From Octopus bimaculoides (taxonomy: Eukaryota): a stretch of DNA of 64,000 nucleotides. The stretch is taken from contig NC_068981.1 in the NCBI RefSeq assembly GCF_001194135.2, forward strand, positions 40,434,198 to 40,498,197. Direction: 5' to 3'. The notes beneath the pieces are model-generated. The model was not told the origin of the DNA. It made no database searches and saw nothing but the letters and a program-made list of their open reading frames with translations. This document shows positions 38,239 to 52,547 of this stretch, piece by piece. Positions within the stretch are counted from its first letter, which is position 1; the number at the start of each line of letters is the position of its first letter. The translations under genes and the position numbers were made by a program.

Positions 38239-39266
38239 TCCCCTTTAAAATTATTTTGTTGTAATAATTGAAATACTTCCTCCTTTTTACTATCACTTTC
38301 TCAATATTCTATACAGTTTTTTTTTTTTCTTACTTTACAACAGCTCCAAGCAATTACTAATGTCATTAATTAGGCAGTTGGATACAAAAGCAATTTCTGT
38401 CAAAGAGCCACATAAGCCAGTCTTCTGTTATTATTCCATTCATATCTAAAATCCTTTATCGGAATGAATATAAATCAGTCCAAGTACTTGACTGTTACTT
38501 TATCGACAAAATTGACCTCATTGGGATTTTGAATTCAGAACATAAAGAGACATAATTAATGCCAACGGGAATTTTGCTTGATACTCAAATGATTCTGCTT
38601 GTCCAACATTGAATTGGCTCCATTTTGTGACTGGAACTTAGTTTATTAATTCTGTTAAGCAAGGAGTCACAGTTCGAGCTGGTTACACCAGTGTCTGATT
38701 TTGGAACAAAGAGAATCCCAAATTTAAACTCAATGTTCCACATGCTTGAATATCTTTAACCCATAAAAGAAAATTTCAGCCTCCTATTTTGCTATTCCAT
38801 GTTGATATGCACAGTTTATATGTACAACTTATTTTTCCATTCTGATTCAGCATTAAATGAGGGGTGGGGGTGGATGACAATATATTGAAAATATAGCAAT
38901 ATTATTTCAAACAATTTTGATTTACTTATCTCATATAAAGATTTTTGTTATTCTTGAGGAATTCTTGAGACTCTTTGGAGCCTCATTGTTGTAATAAAAG
39001 AAATGTATAACTGGCTGCTGCCAGTAGGATGCTAATTGCTACATGAAACAGCCTCTGGAGAGATCTATATAACCAAGTTATTGTAGCCAATAACAATTAT
39101 TGCTTTCTTTCTATAATGTTCTGATACAGCTCACAATGTATTTCTCAAAATGAACCACTTGTATCAGTAATGATTACAGCTTTGTATTTTGATGTTTTTG
39201 TTTTATTTTATCTTCTTTAAATTCATGGTTAACCATAATGATTGTAATTTTTAACTACAATAGTAT

Positions 39267-39330
<64 letters not shown>

Positions 39331-39580
39331 CATATATGTATATATATCACACAATAGGAGAAAAAACAATCTAGTTACATGTCTTCAGTTTTTTTTTTTT
39401 TTTACTTTTTTTAATGTTATAAGAGTTGTTTAGTCTAACAAGTTTCTTCACAAAGGAATGCAGTCACTTTCAAGTGATGGGCGTCCAGTAAAATGGCTGT
39501 TGAGTCAAGTACTTCAAACTGAATAGATCTTAATGTAATCTCCATTTCTTTTTATAAGCATCATTTATTACAGAGTGGCA

Positions 39581-39594
39581 GTAACCATAGCAAC
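39581..39594. promoter_or_regulatory. RFX X-box-like motif GTAACCATAGCAAC
   Basis: Fits the X-box consensus RTHNYYWTRRNRAC at all 14 positions; nearby CpGs retained. Confidence 0.3.
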
Positions 39595-40150
39595 GATACG
39601 TATGCATAAAAATAAGAAAAATATAATAGAATGATAATGTAATTGCATGAAAAGAAATCAAATTAAATTATATATACTCAATATTTAAATTAAATAATAG
39701 AAATCTATTTATGTAAATATCGATTTACTTCTTAAGCATAGGGACAGAAATGAAATTTATTAGGAAAAGTGTGAGATTATATAATGTTCATTCATCCCTG
39801 TCTCAAGACTACTAATAATGTACATAGAGTATATTAGTTCACCCAGAGACCCACACAAGAAACTGTCTTAGATTGCTATTCATTACATACCTGTTTTTAT
39901 AATTGATGTAAATCTTAATAAATGTTGCATGTAATTGGGAAAAATAAATTTGAAACACTTATTGTCATAATTTTTTCCATAGGATTGGGGGTTGATTTGT
40001 TGAATTAGCAAGGTTTCAGACAAGGTACCTTATACTATTTGGTTACCAACCTTTACATTCTATGCTCAAATCTTGTAGAGATCAGCTTTGTTTCTCAACC
40101 TTCAGTAGGTGATCAGAATAAAGTATCAGTCAAATACAGAGTTAATTCAA

Positions 40151-40362
40151 CACTTTAGCATTCAGATTACTCTGTCAAATGAACTCCTTATCTATTCATA
40201 TTACTTTGAATTGATCATGTATTGTCTCATAGCTTTGGAATTTCAATGATGAAATTGCTTATTTTCAAATGATGTTGTAGGTTAAGATCAGATATGTCCA
40301 GTTTGAGCATAAAACAGGTAGAATATTTTGGGCCAGATATCGCCAGTTCAAATGCTAAAGGG
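40151..40362. mobile_element. piggyBac-like MITE (inverted homologue of 17713-17926)
   Basis: CACTTTAGCATTCA ... TCAAATGCTAAAGGG|TTAA. Confidence 0.7.
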
Positions 40363-41659
40363 TTAATCAACTTCTCTTTTTCCTAAAATTTGTTACCTTT
40401 GCAATGATATTTCAATATGAATATCAGTTTTTTGGAAACCATCATTGTTTTTTTTGTTGTAGGTGGGGGTTATTTGTTTCATTTATTTATTTGGTACCAA
40501 AGTACTAGAAATGTCTATGTGTTTTCTTTTTAGTATCATCAGTAGATGTCCTTCATCCTGTTTAGCTCCAGTCCATAACCCCTGAGTGTCTTTAGGAGTC
40601 CACTTTGTTGCAAGCATTCAGATTAGATCTTCAGTCTGGTTGTTAATTCCTTCTTTTCTCCCACCAGAACCACAGATTCAGATAAAAAGTTCATCAGCAC
40701 TGCCTTTCCTGTTCCAACAAAATCATTCAAAGAGCAGAAAAATGCAGTCACCTTAATTTTGCTTAAGTAGTAGTGAATCAATTGTTAAGTAAATATAGAG
40801 AAACGTACATATGTTAACACAAAGAAAAAGTTTTTTTTCTTCCTGCCCATTTTATTCTACTTTCTCTAATAAGTACATCATGTATTAAATATGTCGACAT
40901 TTACTTAGCCACTATTTATCATACAGATTGTGTTTCAGTAATATCTAATTTCTAAACAATTCTATCTTGCAACACCAACAAATATACATATTTTTATTGA
41001 CTAACTGTTGCTAATGCAGAGCAGCACCAGTTTTTTCAGAAGCTGGATTTTTAGCTACATTTCAGTTTATTTACTTAATGATTCATTTACTGCTGCTTGG
41101 CAAGCTATTGTGGCATGACTGCTCTTCTGCTGAGAATACTCAAAAAAGTAGGATTACATCCACATTCTCTCTCTTTCTCTAACCCTTTTTTACCAGGAGA
41201 AAATGAATACATGTTACACATCAACAAATATTATTTTCTCTCAACATGTTTCATTTACTTTATCCATACATTAAATATACTGACACCTATTTATCTACTA
41301 CTTATCATATGGATGACATCTCAGAATTATATACTTTCCAAACAATTCTCTTTGAATAGCCTTCTTAATGATGACCACTCAGGTGTAAAGCTAAAGAGGT
41401 TGTTTCACAAAGACTTTTACATAAAAGCTAGATCCACTTAAAGAAGTAAAGGAAGGAAGTAAGGGAACACAAAAGTGTTTCTCTACTTCTATAGCTCTTC
41501 TCAACCCTGCAACTTAACTTGTTATCCTGTTATTCATACCTCTTAGAAATTACTGTTCTCTTTGATATATGGCAGCACTGCACAATAACAGCTAATTCTT
41601 TTCCACTATTATTACTTTAAGTGACCCTGTAAAGTAAACTTTTGGTCCACATTTCTTGC

Positions 41660-41715
41660 ACACACACACACACACACACACACGCACTCTCTCTCTCTCT
41701 CTCTCTCCATCTCTT

Positions 41716-41769
<54 letters not shown>

Positions 41770-41805
41770 CGTATCTATCTATCTATCTATATATATATAT
41801 ATATA
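41660..41805. repeat. (CA)n-(CT)n-(TATC)n-(TA)n compound microsatellite
   Basis: Direct reading. Confidence 0.95.
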
Positions 41806-41814
41806 AAATCAAAT

Positions 41815-42097
41815 GGAAATTGTGGTTGTGATACCTGTGCCGGTGGCACGTAAAAAGCACCAGCCAATCATGGCTGTTGCCAGCCTCCTCCGGCCCCTGT
41901 GCCAGTGGCACGTAAAAACCACTCACTACACTCACAGAGTGGTTGGTGTAAGGAAGGGCATTCAGCTGTAGAAACACTGCCAGATCAGACTGGAGCCTGG
42001 TGCAGCCTGCTGGCTTCCCAGACCCCAGTCAAACCATCCAACCCATGCTAGCATAGAAAACGGACGTTAAATGATGATGATGATGATGATGATGATG
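41815..42097 (+). mobile_element. RTE LINE 3' UTR fragment
   Basis: Two GTGCC.GTGGCACGTAAAAA units, GAGTGGTTGGTGTAAGGAAGGGC..CGGACGTTAAA(TGA)n, then (TA)n. Confidence 0.8.
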
Positions 42098-42222
42098 ATA
42101 TATATATATATATATCATCAGAAATTCATAAATCTGAAGAAGCATGCTCTAATTTATAGAACAGTAAAGTATATAGATAAAAATAGATGAGACTGATCAA
42201 TGGGATTACTCAGGGTTTCACA

Positions 42223-42835
42223 NNNNNNNNNNNNNNNNNNNNNNNNNNNNNNNNNNNNNNNNNNNNNNNNNNNNNNNNNNNNNNNNNNNNNNNNNNNNNN
42301 NNNNNNNNNNNNNNNNNNNNNNNNNNNNNNNNNNNNNNNNNNNNNNNNNNNNNNNNNNNNNNNNNNNNNNNNNNNNNNNNNNNNNNNNNNNNNNNNNNNN
42401 NNNNNNNNNNNNNNNNNNNNNNNNNNNNNNNNNNNNNNNNNNNNNNNNNNNNNNNNNNNNNNNNNNNNNNNNNNNNNNNNNNNNNNNNNNNNNNNNNNNN
42501 NNNNNNNNNNNNNNNNNNNNNNNNNNNNNNNNNNNNNNNNNNNNNNNNNNNNNNNNNNNNNNNNNNNNNNNNNNNNNNNNNNNNNNNNNNNNNNNNNNNN
42601 NNNNNNNNNNNNNNNNNNNNNNNNNNNNNNNNNNNNNNNNNNNNNNNNNNNNNNNNNNNNNNNNNNNNNNNNNNNNNNNNNNNNNNNNNNNNNNNNNNNN
42701 NNNNNNNNNNNNNNNNNNNNNNNNNNNNNNNNNNNNNNNNNNNNNNNNNNNNNNNNNNNNNNNNNNNNNNNNNNNNNNNNNNNNNNNNNNNNNNNNNNNN
42801 NNNNNNNNNNNNNNNNNNNNNNNNNNNNNNNNNNN
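42223..42835. other. Assembly gap
   Basis: Run of N; the 223-245 aa ORFs here are artefacts. Confidence 1.
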
Positions 42836-42875
<40 letters not shown>

Positions 42876-43379
42876 ATCATCATTATCATTTATTTTTTGT
42901 GTTGGCTTGGGTTGGATGATTTGACAGGAGCTAACAAGTCAGAAAACTGTACCAGGCTCTGTTGGCTGCTTTGGCATGGTTGGATGCCCTTTGTAATGCC
43001 AATATATATATATATATATCATCATCACCATTTATATTTGCTTTCTCAGATTTATGGGTTTCCTGGGTGTATACATGTATAATTATAATGACAGTCATCA
43101 TCATTTTAATATCTACTTTTCCATGCTTGCATAAGACAGACACAATTCTTTGTGGCAGATTTTATAATACTCACCTGTTTTCCAACAAAGTAATATTTCC
43201 CCAAAACTGGACACATTTACATGGAAGATTGGAAATGATGGACACTGCTTGTATAACAGTGATGCTTGCTTACGACTATCAAGACAAAGGGACACAGACG
43301 CACACACACACATACAAATGTTTATACATAGGTGTATGTATGTATATATATGTACATACAGACGGACAGATAGATAAAG

Positions 43380-43780
43380 GGACAGGCATGGCTGTGTGGT
43401 AAGAACACAGTTCTGGATTCAGTCCTGCTGCATGGCACCTTGGGAAGTTATCTTCTACTATAGCCCTAGCCTGACCAAAGCCTTGTGAGAGAATTTGGTT
43501 GGCAGAAACTGAAATAAGCCCATTGTATGTATTTGTATATATATTTGTGTATGTGTGTGTGTGTTATTGTCTTCTTGCCTTGACATCACATGACGGCTGT
43601 AAACAAGTATCATTTTTATGCAAGAGAAGTCCTTTGTTTCCAATCTTTTGTGAAAAACATGTCTACCTGGAAACAGGTGGAGTTTGGTGACAAGGAGAGC
43701 ATCCAGCTATAGAAAATCTGTTTCAATAAATTCCATATGTCTCATGCCAGCATGGAAAAGTGAATGTTAAATGATGATGA
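43380..43780 (+). mobile_element. SINE family A head plus tail
   Basis: GGCATGGCTGTGTGGTAAG..TTCAGTCCTGCTGCATGGCACCTTGGG..; tail CATCCAGCTATAGAAA..CAGCATGGAAAAGTG..(GAT)n. Confidence 0.75.
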
Positions 43781-44044
43781 TTGGTGATATAATATTGTTT
43801 GTCATTTTACCTTTATATTTCTTTGAGTGTTTACTTTTACAAATAGTTACCATTCCTGCCACTAATTATTCGAGTGTGATGTGAGCAACTTGTTTGTAAC
43901 AGCTGCTTTTAACTAATTAATTGGATCATAACACTCTTGTCGTTCAAGTGTGTTTGAGTGGTAGAAACCTTAACCTCTCTTAAATATCTTTAAGCATTTT
44001 CTGGTGGGTGAGGAGTAGGGAGACCTATTTTTATTGATTGTGGT

Positions 44045-44470
44045 TGTTGTTCTTTAGCACCAGATCAGTTCTGGCAAAGCAGATCTATGATCAAAAGCAT
44101 TCTAGTCATGGCCTCCCCATCGTTCTTTCAGGTGTTACATATTGAGAACTATGAGGGGGTGCTGAAAAGTTCCTGGCTTTGAGTAAAAGAAAATGCAGGA
44201 AGATCAGTTAATTATGATTTTACTCGACATAATCCCCTCTCAGTTTCACACACTTATTGCAGCAGTCCTTCAGTTTTTCTAAGCCCTGGAAAAGAACTCA
44301 AAAAGTTGAGCCTCCAACCAGGCCTTTCACAATACCATTAAAGCCAGGAACTTTTCAGTCCCTCATATATTATTTAATGTAACCTTCGCTTTTTAAAAAG
44401 CAGGAGTATAATTTAAAGGAAATTTGACTGCTATGTCTAGCAGGTCGAGCTACCATGCAGGGTTTCCCTA
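44045..44470 (-). mobile_element. SINE-like family D copy interrupted by a mariner MITE
   Basis: Family D sequence on both sides of 44152-44365. Confidence 0.65.
44152..44365. mobile_element. Mariner-like MITE
   Basis: TIR TGAGGGGGTGCTGAAAAGTTCCTGGCTTT / AAAGCCAGGAACTTTTCAGTCCCTCA; TA at both ends. Confidence 0.85.
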
Positions 44471-47244
44471 TTGCTGGTTCATTCTTTTTATGGATCTTCT
44501 AGGCTGCAAGCTACAATGTTTTAACTTCATTTTATTCTACCTCCAGCTCAGCTCACTTGAAACAACCATCTCACTTTCCCTCAGCACCCTCTACATTGTC
44601 TCGCCATTTATGCCTCTGCACTAGATTTTTTATCCAATCCTTCTTAGGACTTCATTTTTCTGGAATTTTCTCCCAATTTACATTTTGCCTACAGATGTTG
44701 GCTTATAGATGTTTAAGCCAAACACCATCTGCATCAATCACAGCATATGCAAAGTACTATGGTTATAGCTACTTCTTTCTGACTAAGCTATAATGTATCA
44801 TGTCAAATACACTCACATCCAGCTGACCAATTTCTTCCATGCTTCCTTGTCCTCCTTCGTCTCTAAAAGTCAGTTCTTTTTTTGTCAAGGTTTATGTCTC
44901 TAACAATTATTGCACATATATTTGATAAGATCTACCTCTTCTTCTTCTACAATATTATAATTCCCAATATAATAGTTGATTTACAACTTCATCTTGTCAT
45001 TGCCAGAAGTGTCCTACAAACTTAAGTATGTATTGTTTGATGGGTTTTTTTAATAATAGTACATTTTTGTATAATACACTGTTCAATAAATGTTGTGCCA
45101 AGAACATTGTGATATAAACAAGACAAAAACAAAACAAAAAAATTACAAATCATCTCATTGCTCCTTTGCCATTTTCTGAATCTTGCATGTTTTGTACACA
45201 GTGATAAAAGAAGTTCTTATCAAGTGTAGTATTTATGATAAATGAAAGAACTACTTACACTGGTGATACCACTGACCAATAATAAAACTAGCAAAAGTCA
45301 CTTACAGCAAGGAATAATAAAAAAAAAATAGGTTCTGATTTAAAAGAACACTGTAACAATGATGTCATTGTTATGCAAATCATGTTAGCATTGCATATAA
45401 GTTGACCAAAACTATTTAAGAACAGCAAGTAATGACAGCTCGACTTCTTGAGTAGTGCAGTATGACACAACACAACATCAAGTAAATAGAAGTGATATAA
45501 ATAAGATTCTATCAGAACCGAGCCATATTCCATAAACCCAAGAATATAATAAAATGGGCTGAAGGAAATAAGTCACACGGACCTATAACAGAAATTTAGA
45601 TGAGTAATTTAAGGGATTATTTATCGTTTCCTTTTCCTCTAAGAGATATCCGATAACTTATTTCTCAAAATTCATGCTATTGGCTTATTTGAATTATTTC
45701 CTTAACTCATTCTATCTTTTAATTATACAAATTACAGTTATATGGTTTTTTTATGCAATGGCCAAAATCTTTGATTTTCTACTTTAGTCAGTTAATAGAT
45801 TTGAAGTAGCTTATACTTTACTTATAAGACTCAATATGGCTAAAACATACCTGTAGCTGTTACTTTACATGCTAACAGAAACTGGATTTTCTTCCAAATT
45901 TATAAATTATCTTTGTGAAATTAATTTTTTCATGAGAGTTGCTAACCACTACTCAGGAGGAAAGCGACACTTTTTGTTATTAAAAAGGAAATTTCAATTC
46001 TTTTTTGTATGTGTCATTTTGTATCTCACAACAATTTATTTATCAGGCTTTTCATAATATTGCAAGGCACTTGATTTTGTATCCTTCAGGATTTTAAGGG
46101 TTTTTAAAAATCTTTTATCTAGCTGGATGGGATTAGTAATCAGGAGTCCTGAGAAAATTCCATTTGACAGATTTGCATTTTATCAGCTAAAATGTTTCAC
46201 TCACTGATCCATTTAATACTAAAGAAATCAAGATTAAGAAACAGTCATAAGGTCACCTTGTATTTCGTCAAAGGTTTGAGGCTTTTAACTAATTTGGCCT
46301 GTCTTAAACTATATAACCCTAACTATATGGAAAATGTCTTATAAGCTGTAAGGGCCCATGAAGGCCATGAGTTATCCCATTCCTACCTTCTTCCAGACCA
46401 AGCTAATAAAACGAGTAACTCTGAGAACAAAATTTTCTTAATCTATATAATATTGTTTAAGGGGAAATAAAATACTTCATCATAAAAGAATTTACAACTG
46501 TTGATTTCTTACCATCAATCCTCACTGCATATATACATATATAAACACACACACATACATGTGTGTATATATTGTATGTTTTCATGTATTTGTGTGTCTG
46601 TGTATGTACTGTACTTAGAATTTGGAATTAGACTTTAAGAGTGATAGTTTTCTCACTGTAATGATTATGTTAATAAATAGCTTTCTTTCGATATGTCAAA
46701 ACCTGAGGGTGTGCCAGCTTTGAGCTCTCAAAGGATTTCCGCTAATGGAAATTCTTAGAAGCATTAGTAATGAATGAAGTAAAATAAACAGATAAATAAG
46801 AAAAATCTATAAAGAATTTCTTAAAATAAACAAACAAAATGAATAAAAGAAATTACAAGTAAAAACAAAAAGCAAATGAAAATAAAATGCACTGAATGTG
46901 TAAAATGAATGTTGAAAATTTATAAATATTAACATTCATTAATTTTAACATTTTTCATTCTATTTTGTTATTTAGGATTGCAGATGTCTTCTCTCTACCC
47001 TCATCTTTGTGTTCCCCTTCTCTGTTCTTTAATCTTCATTTTCACCAACTTCGTCTTTTTTCTCCTACTTTCACTTTAGCTTGTATCATCTCCTGATTTC
47101 TTTCCATTGCAATTTTTTTCTTTTTCTCATTCTTTCTGTTCTGAATCTAACAGTTCTTTCTTTATGTCTGTCTTTACTAAAATGTTGTGAATTTATGTAT
47201 CTTATCCATTTCTGTATTCACCAGTCTCTCATCTGCCACTACTG

Positions 47245-47610
47245 TCTCCTCCAAATCACATCCTTCAGTATTGACTCCTCTAAAATGCCTTCTCCAATAT
47301 TACATTCTCCAACATTATCTCATACATTTCTGTCTTCAAACACCACATCTTCTAGTATTTTGTCCTCTGACATTACATGATCTAACTCTGTCCTCTATCA
47401 TCATATTCTCAAATACTGTGATCCTTCAACATCACATCCTCCAGTATAATATCGTCCTGTTATATACCCTAACATCACATCTTCAGTAGTGTCTCTTTCA
47501 GCTTAACATCCTCCAGTACTGTGCCCTTCAGCATCGCATCCTCCAGCATTCTCACTTCCAATGTAATATCCTCCATATATATTCTTTAACATCACATCTT
47601 CCAATAGTGC
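47245..47610. repeat. Degenerate minisatellite of about 30 bp (CATCACATCCTCCAGTA..) within a long pyrimidine-rich tract
   Basis: Recurring CACATC(C/T)TCCAGTA-like units. Confidence 0.6.
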
Positions 47611-48204
47611 CTCTTCTTTCTCTTAGCATCTTCCAATTCTATCTTCCAGTATCACTTTTGCCATGTATACTTCCTAATTCTATCCAACAACACATCCTAC
47701 CTATATCTACTTTCCAAAACTCTCTCTCTCCCCTCCTACTTTCTTTTCCATTCTGTAAATTATTCCTCTTCCTTTCTAAGATCACTGGGCAGTATAATTA
47801 TAGAGATACAAAACAATGGGATGGCCACAGTTGGGAAGCAGTAACTCTACTACATATTCTCCTCTTCTCTTTCTGTCTTTCTCTACTTTTCTTCTCTACA
47901 TTAATTTCTATTCTGTTTCTTTTTTCTCTTTATTTTTCATCTTTTTGTGTTTTACTGTATCTCCTCTCCCTTCTTTGAATTATTCTCTTTTGTTATGCCC
48001 TCTTTCTTTCTCTGCACTCCTCTACTTTCTGTTTTCTACCCCCACATCTTTTACTTCTATTTCCTTCATAAAGGATACAATGTAAAATGTACAAAACATG
48101 TGAAAATAAGCTTTAACTAACTAAGAATTATAAAAAGTCCAAAGTAAATAGTGATATGCATTGCAAAAATCAGTTTACAAAATAGGATTCATTTGTATAC
48201 CACA

Positions 48205-48428
48205 TGGCGATAAAGGAGCCTAAATACAGTTGCTTTACCTGTAATAAACAGCAGCTAAATTTTCTTGAAACCACATAGTACCATTTTTAGAAAATGGAAA
48301 GCATTGGATAGTGTTGTCTTTGGTATACTTTCTGGTAAAAGATAATAGGATGGTACAATGTAGAACACTTTAATCATATCTGTTTGATTTCAAAGCTGAC
48401 TTGGGGCTAAACAACATCTACAACAACA
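48205..48428 (+). mobile_element. SINE-like family D copy with a 14-bp target-site duplication
   Basis: ATTTGTATACCACA at 48191-48204 and 48429-48442; (CAA)n-like tail. Confidence 0.75.
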
Positions 48429-51099
48429 ATTTGTATACCACAGGAAAAAGAAAATTAAGGAGAATAGAGAAGAAAAGCATTCTGATGTTTCGAGGAATGG
48501 CTTAAGGGTTCTGTTTACAGTTACCAGTCAATAACCTTCTCATTTCTTCTTAAAGAACAACAGCCTTGCTTGAAATGTTGGAATTCCTTTCTGCTCATAG
48601 ACAGACAGGATAAACATCTATTTTTCAAGGTTGTATAATAATAATCAGATTAATGAATTCTGAAACATTTTTCTTTTGTTTTCTTTTTTTGTCATAATTA
48701 TTCAAAAAGACGAGTATCCATCACCAACAAGAGACCATAATAAGGTTGAAACTGCATGGTCTGATGGTCTCAATAGCTGGGATGGTAGGCAGTTCTCTCC
48801 CCACTTGCAATATATATTGAGTGCAAAGTGCACTATTAATCATCTGGGAGAGGCATCCTCCTGGGGTTAAAATAGCTATATCATCTGTTCTTAGAGAATA
48901 CCTATGTTTAGATAGTAAATATTTAAAAAGAAACTACTGACAATTGAAACATCTAAATTAAGTCATTTACACACTAGCTTCTTGCAAAAGGACTCACACC
49001 TACTTTCTTAATCATTTGATTCAATTGTGCTCGAAGTAGCTATTATATAGAAAATAGGTCACTGGGGTTAATTGTTCAGAGTTGCCACTCATAAAAATAT
49101 TAGTTAAGTTAATGTTAACACATTACGTAGTGAGTACTGAAAATCTAACTAGAAATACGTATGTAATGAGGAAAAAGATTTGCTTCAATAGTTAATACTA
49201 CTTAATCACTTTGACAAATAAGGGAGACAACTCTGGTCATGTTCTGGTCTTATTAGACCTCCTCAGTGAAACACAGACCTCACCATCCTTGCTATAGGCA
49301 TGAAATAATTCCTTTACTGACTACTTTTTGATTTCAGTTTTAGATTATTTAAAGATTTTCTGAAGCAGAACTAGCCAGAACTGAACAACTTTTATTCAAA
49401 TAAATAATTTCTAGATTAAATGAAAAAATTAGGGAAACATAGATTAAATAAATAAATAAGAGACAAATAAATTAAGTTTACTTGTAAAATAATCAGTTTA
49501 AACTAAGTAAGCCTGTTAGTTGGCCAGTTGTATAAGATGAATCAAGTGAGACATTGGACAGGGTGAAGCACTTTCATGTTTTGTGGGAAGGGGTGTTTTC
49601 ATCAAATATGGTTAGTGTTTATATTAAACTAGGACAGGCATTTGATCAAACAACTATTATAATTGGAGATGATATTTTTCCTACCACATCCTCTAGACTG
49701 GTTATTCACTGTTGACAAGTAATTATGACCCTACCTCAAAATGACTGCAGTATTATACTAACAGCTCATAGTTTTAATTCAATTACACTGCAAGTGTTAT
49801 ATTGTACATATTTGGATGATACACTTAATTTTATACATCTCTGTTCACTTAGCAATAGATAATTGACATCAAATAATCTGGTAAAGTTACCTCAGTTAGA
49901 TTTATGCCATATCCAGCTTCAGATTTATTTCTTAACTTCTTAATGTCATGAAACTAGAACTAAGAACTATCCCAGAAAAGTTTGTTGCCTCCCAAGATAA
50001 TTTGCATCATTACAGGGTCAACATAAACATATCAAAAAGTAGTTTATCAGAAAATAGATCACGCAATTGTAGTAGTTGGTAAAAATCCCTGTTAATGAGA
50101 CAATATTATCTCGATGAAGGAGTTGGTGTGTTGTCTGAAGAAGCATCAATGCAATTAATTTGAATATCTCTTAAATATTCTTCAATCATGATTCTATGGT
50201 ACTAGAATGTGTTTGCAACCAAGAATTATTATACATCAAAGTGAAGGTGAAAAATTTATGAAGAGCCAATATTTGTTTGAAGAAATGTAGTTTGATCATC
50301 CAAGTCATGGAATAAGTTGTGGGCTCTGAGAGGCAATTTCGATGCTTCAAAATAACTAGTTTGGACACCACTTAAGAAGACTACTGACATCATTACCAGA
50401 TGGAAGAGAATGTGATGGTTAAAAGAAGTATTTCAGTACTTCCTGCAGCAGTCTCCTTTCAGAGTCAGTTGGATAAAGAAGAATGATAATAGACAGCAAT
50501 GATTGTTAGTTTGTAAATTGTATTATCTATGTTTCTATTCTTGTTATTGTTCAAAGAATTTTGTCTACACTATAACTGGATTTTTTGTTTTTTGTTTTGA
50601 TAATGTTAAAAACACTATCAAGTTTATTGAATGAAAAGACTAAAATGGAAAATAGGAATAATATGTAAACTTGGTATATATTAGTCTTTATTTTTAAAAA
50701 TAGAATGAATTTCATATATATGCTTGAATTCAGACATAGTTTATGAAAAAAGAATTCAATTTGTTTTTATAAATAACATTTTTATTTGCTTTTGAGTGAA
50801 ATATTTTCAAAAACTTGCATGGTTCAGATATTGTGAATCAAAATAACTAATGCTAAAATGTTATTCAGAAATATTTTAAGCCTCGTAAGCATAAATTATT
50901 AAGAGGAGACTTTCAATGAGTGGATGATTCAAACAGTTCATAGATATTTCATATTCAAAATTTTCCTAAAACCATTAAGCAGATATTTAATCAATTTTCT
51001 ATAATTGATTCATGGGTAACTATTCAAAGATCCTTTAAAATATGCATACAAAATTTTGCTGTTTTGAATAAAATTAACCAGCGACAAAAGTGATAGTTT

Positions 51100-51335
51100 T
51101 TGAGTAGCCCCAGATCAGCCTTCACTGAATTGATCTGTGAGTAAAACCATTCCTTCATGACCATTTCATTTATTCATTTATTTATTTGTTTATTTATTTT
51201 GCATTGAGACCATTCTGTATTTAAGACTGCATCATCTAAGTTCTTTTTAAAGATTATAGGGTGTGATTCGAGTGAAGTTTTGGCTATTATTGCTAATAAG
51301 CTAAGTGACCAAATAATAGCTCCCTCATTAGCTCA
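51100..51335 (-). mobile_element. SINE-like repeat family D
   Basis: TAGCCCCAGATCAGCCTT..AAAACCATTCCTTCATGACC..GTGTGATTCGAGTGAAGTTTTGGCTATT. Confidence 0.55.
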
Positions 51336-52502
51336 GTTTTGCAGAAATGTAACCTAATTGAGAATTTGGCTAGAAGACAAAACATTTTTATCTTCTATTA
51401 CATCATTATCTCAATTAAACAAACTTGCTCTGTCAGAAATTTTCTTTTTGTTGATTAAACACTCCAATCATGACACTGCACTCCAATCATGACAACTTTG
51501 ACTATTTTCTGACTTTGTGTATCTAGAATTATATTTTCAATTGTGCTCTTTTTTTTTTTTTTTTGTAAGATTAGTGTTTTATTATTTGAAACTGTTTTGG
51601 TTGCTATTTCTGGCAGATCCATCGAGTACTTGGAGACTGCTTTGTTGGCCTGTTTTAAAAATTTGTGCATTTGAAAGATATTTAGTTTCCCCATATCAAA
51701 CTTTGCTTTCAATAAAGCTATCATTTATTTGATAAGCAACATAAGACTGAGTTAATTAGGATAGACTGAAATAATATTCATATATTGGTAGCATTTTCTT
51801 GCTTGTCCTAAAATATATTAAAGTGATGTGGAAAGAATTGAGGGTGGCAGCTCCATATTGTTAGTGCGAATTTTGCTTTAAATAGTAAGTATAAAAGCTG
51901 ATTGAGGTTAATATTATGTTCAATGAGGCAGAATTGACATAGTTACCATATAATAATAGGATGGAATGAAAACTAACTTAATACAAAGCTTCTGTAGGTG
52001 TGGACAGTTGAAACCAGAAATGTTTGTAAATTTTACCAATCATCTTGATACAACGTAAAAAGAAAAGAAGGAAGCAAATATTTGAAGTTTAATTTTCAAT
52101 AGTCAAACAATTAATATTAGTATAACATTGGTGATTTCTTTCTTTTTTTTTTTTTTTTTTTTTTCATGTAATTTCAGTATCATAACAAGTATATTGCTAC
52201 TTTCTACTATTTTTAATAGCAGATAGTAACTTTACAGTTCTAGTAGCTTTGTTTGTTTCAATTACAGTATTAGATATCATGTTGGTAGTTCATAAAGATT
52301 TTTTGATTATATCAGATACTGAAGAAATATATGAAACGAAAAAACCAGAATTAGAATGCAAATCCTTCAAATTCACAACTAGCTAGCAGCAAACATAGTT
52401 TGGTCAATAAATTAAATTAGTCTTTAAATACTCTAGTTTCTGATCAATAACATAAAATAGCAATACCAATATATATATGTGTATGTGTATATATACATAT
52501 GT

Positions 52503-52547
<45 letters not shown>

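Noticed and set aside
42187-42924. Longest ORFs in the track (also 52404-53273, 54007-54523, 13869-14188)
   Set aside because: They run through N gaps and microsatellites; artefacts.
49230-49290. Minus-strand CTGAGGA-GGTC/GACC hammerhead-like motif
   Set aside because: GAAA is replaced by AGAA and helix I does not pair.
50095-50480. Short open frames on both strands (MIEEYLRDIQ.., MEENVMVKRS..)
   Set aside because: Under 35 codons, bounded by stops, no recognisable family.
51455-51732. Protein-like ORF MIALLKAKFDMGK.. (-) and a + strand acceptor at 51616 giving SIEYLETALLACFKNLCI*
   Set aside because: No recognisable domain, no partner exon, and the two readings are mutually competing.
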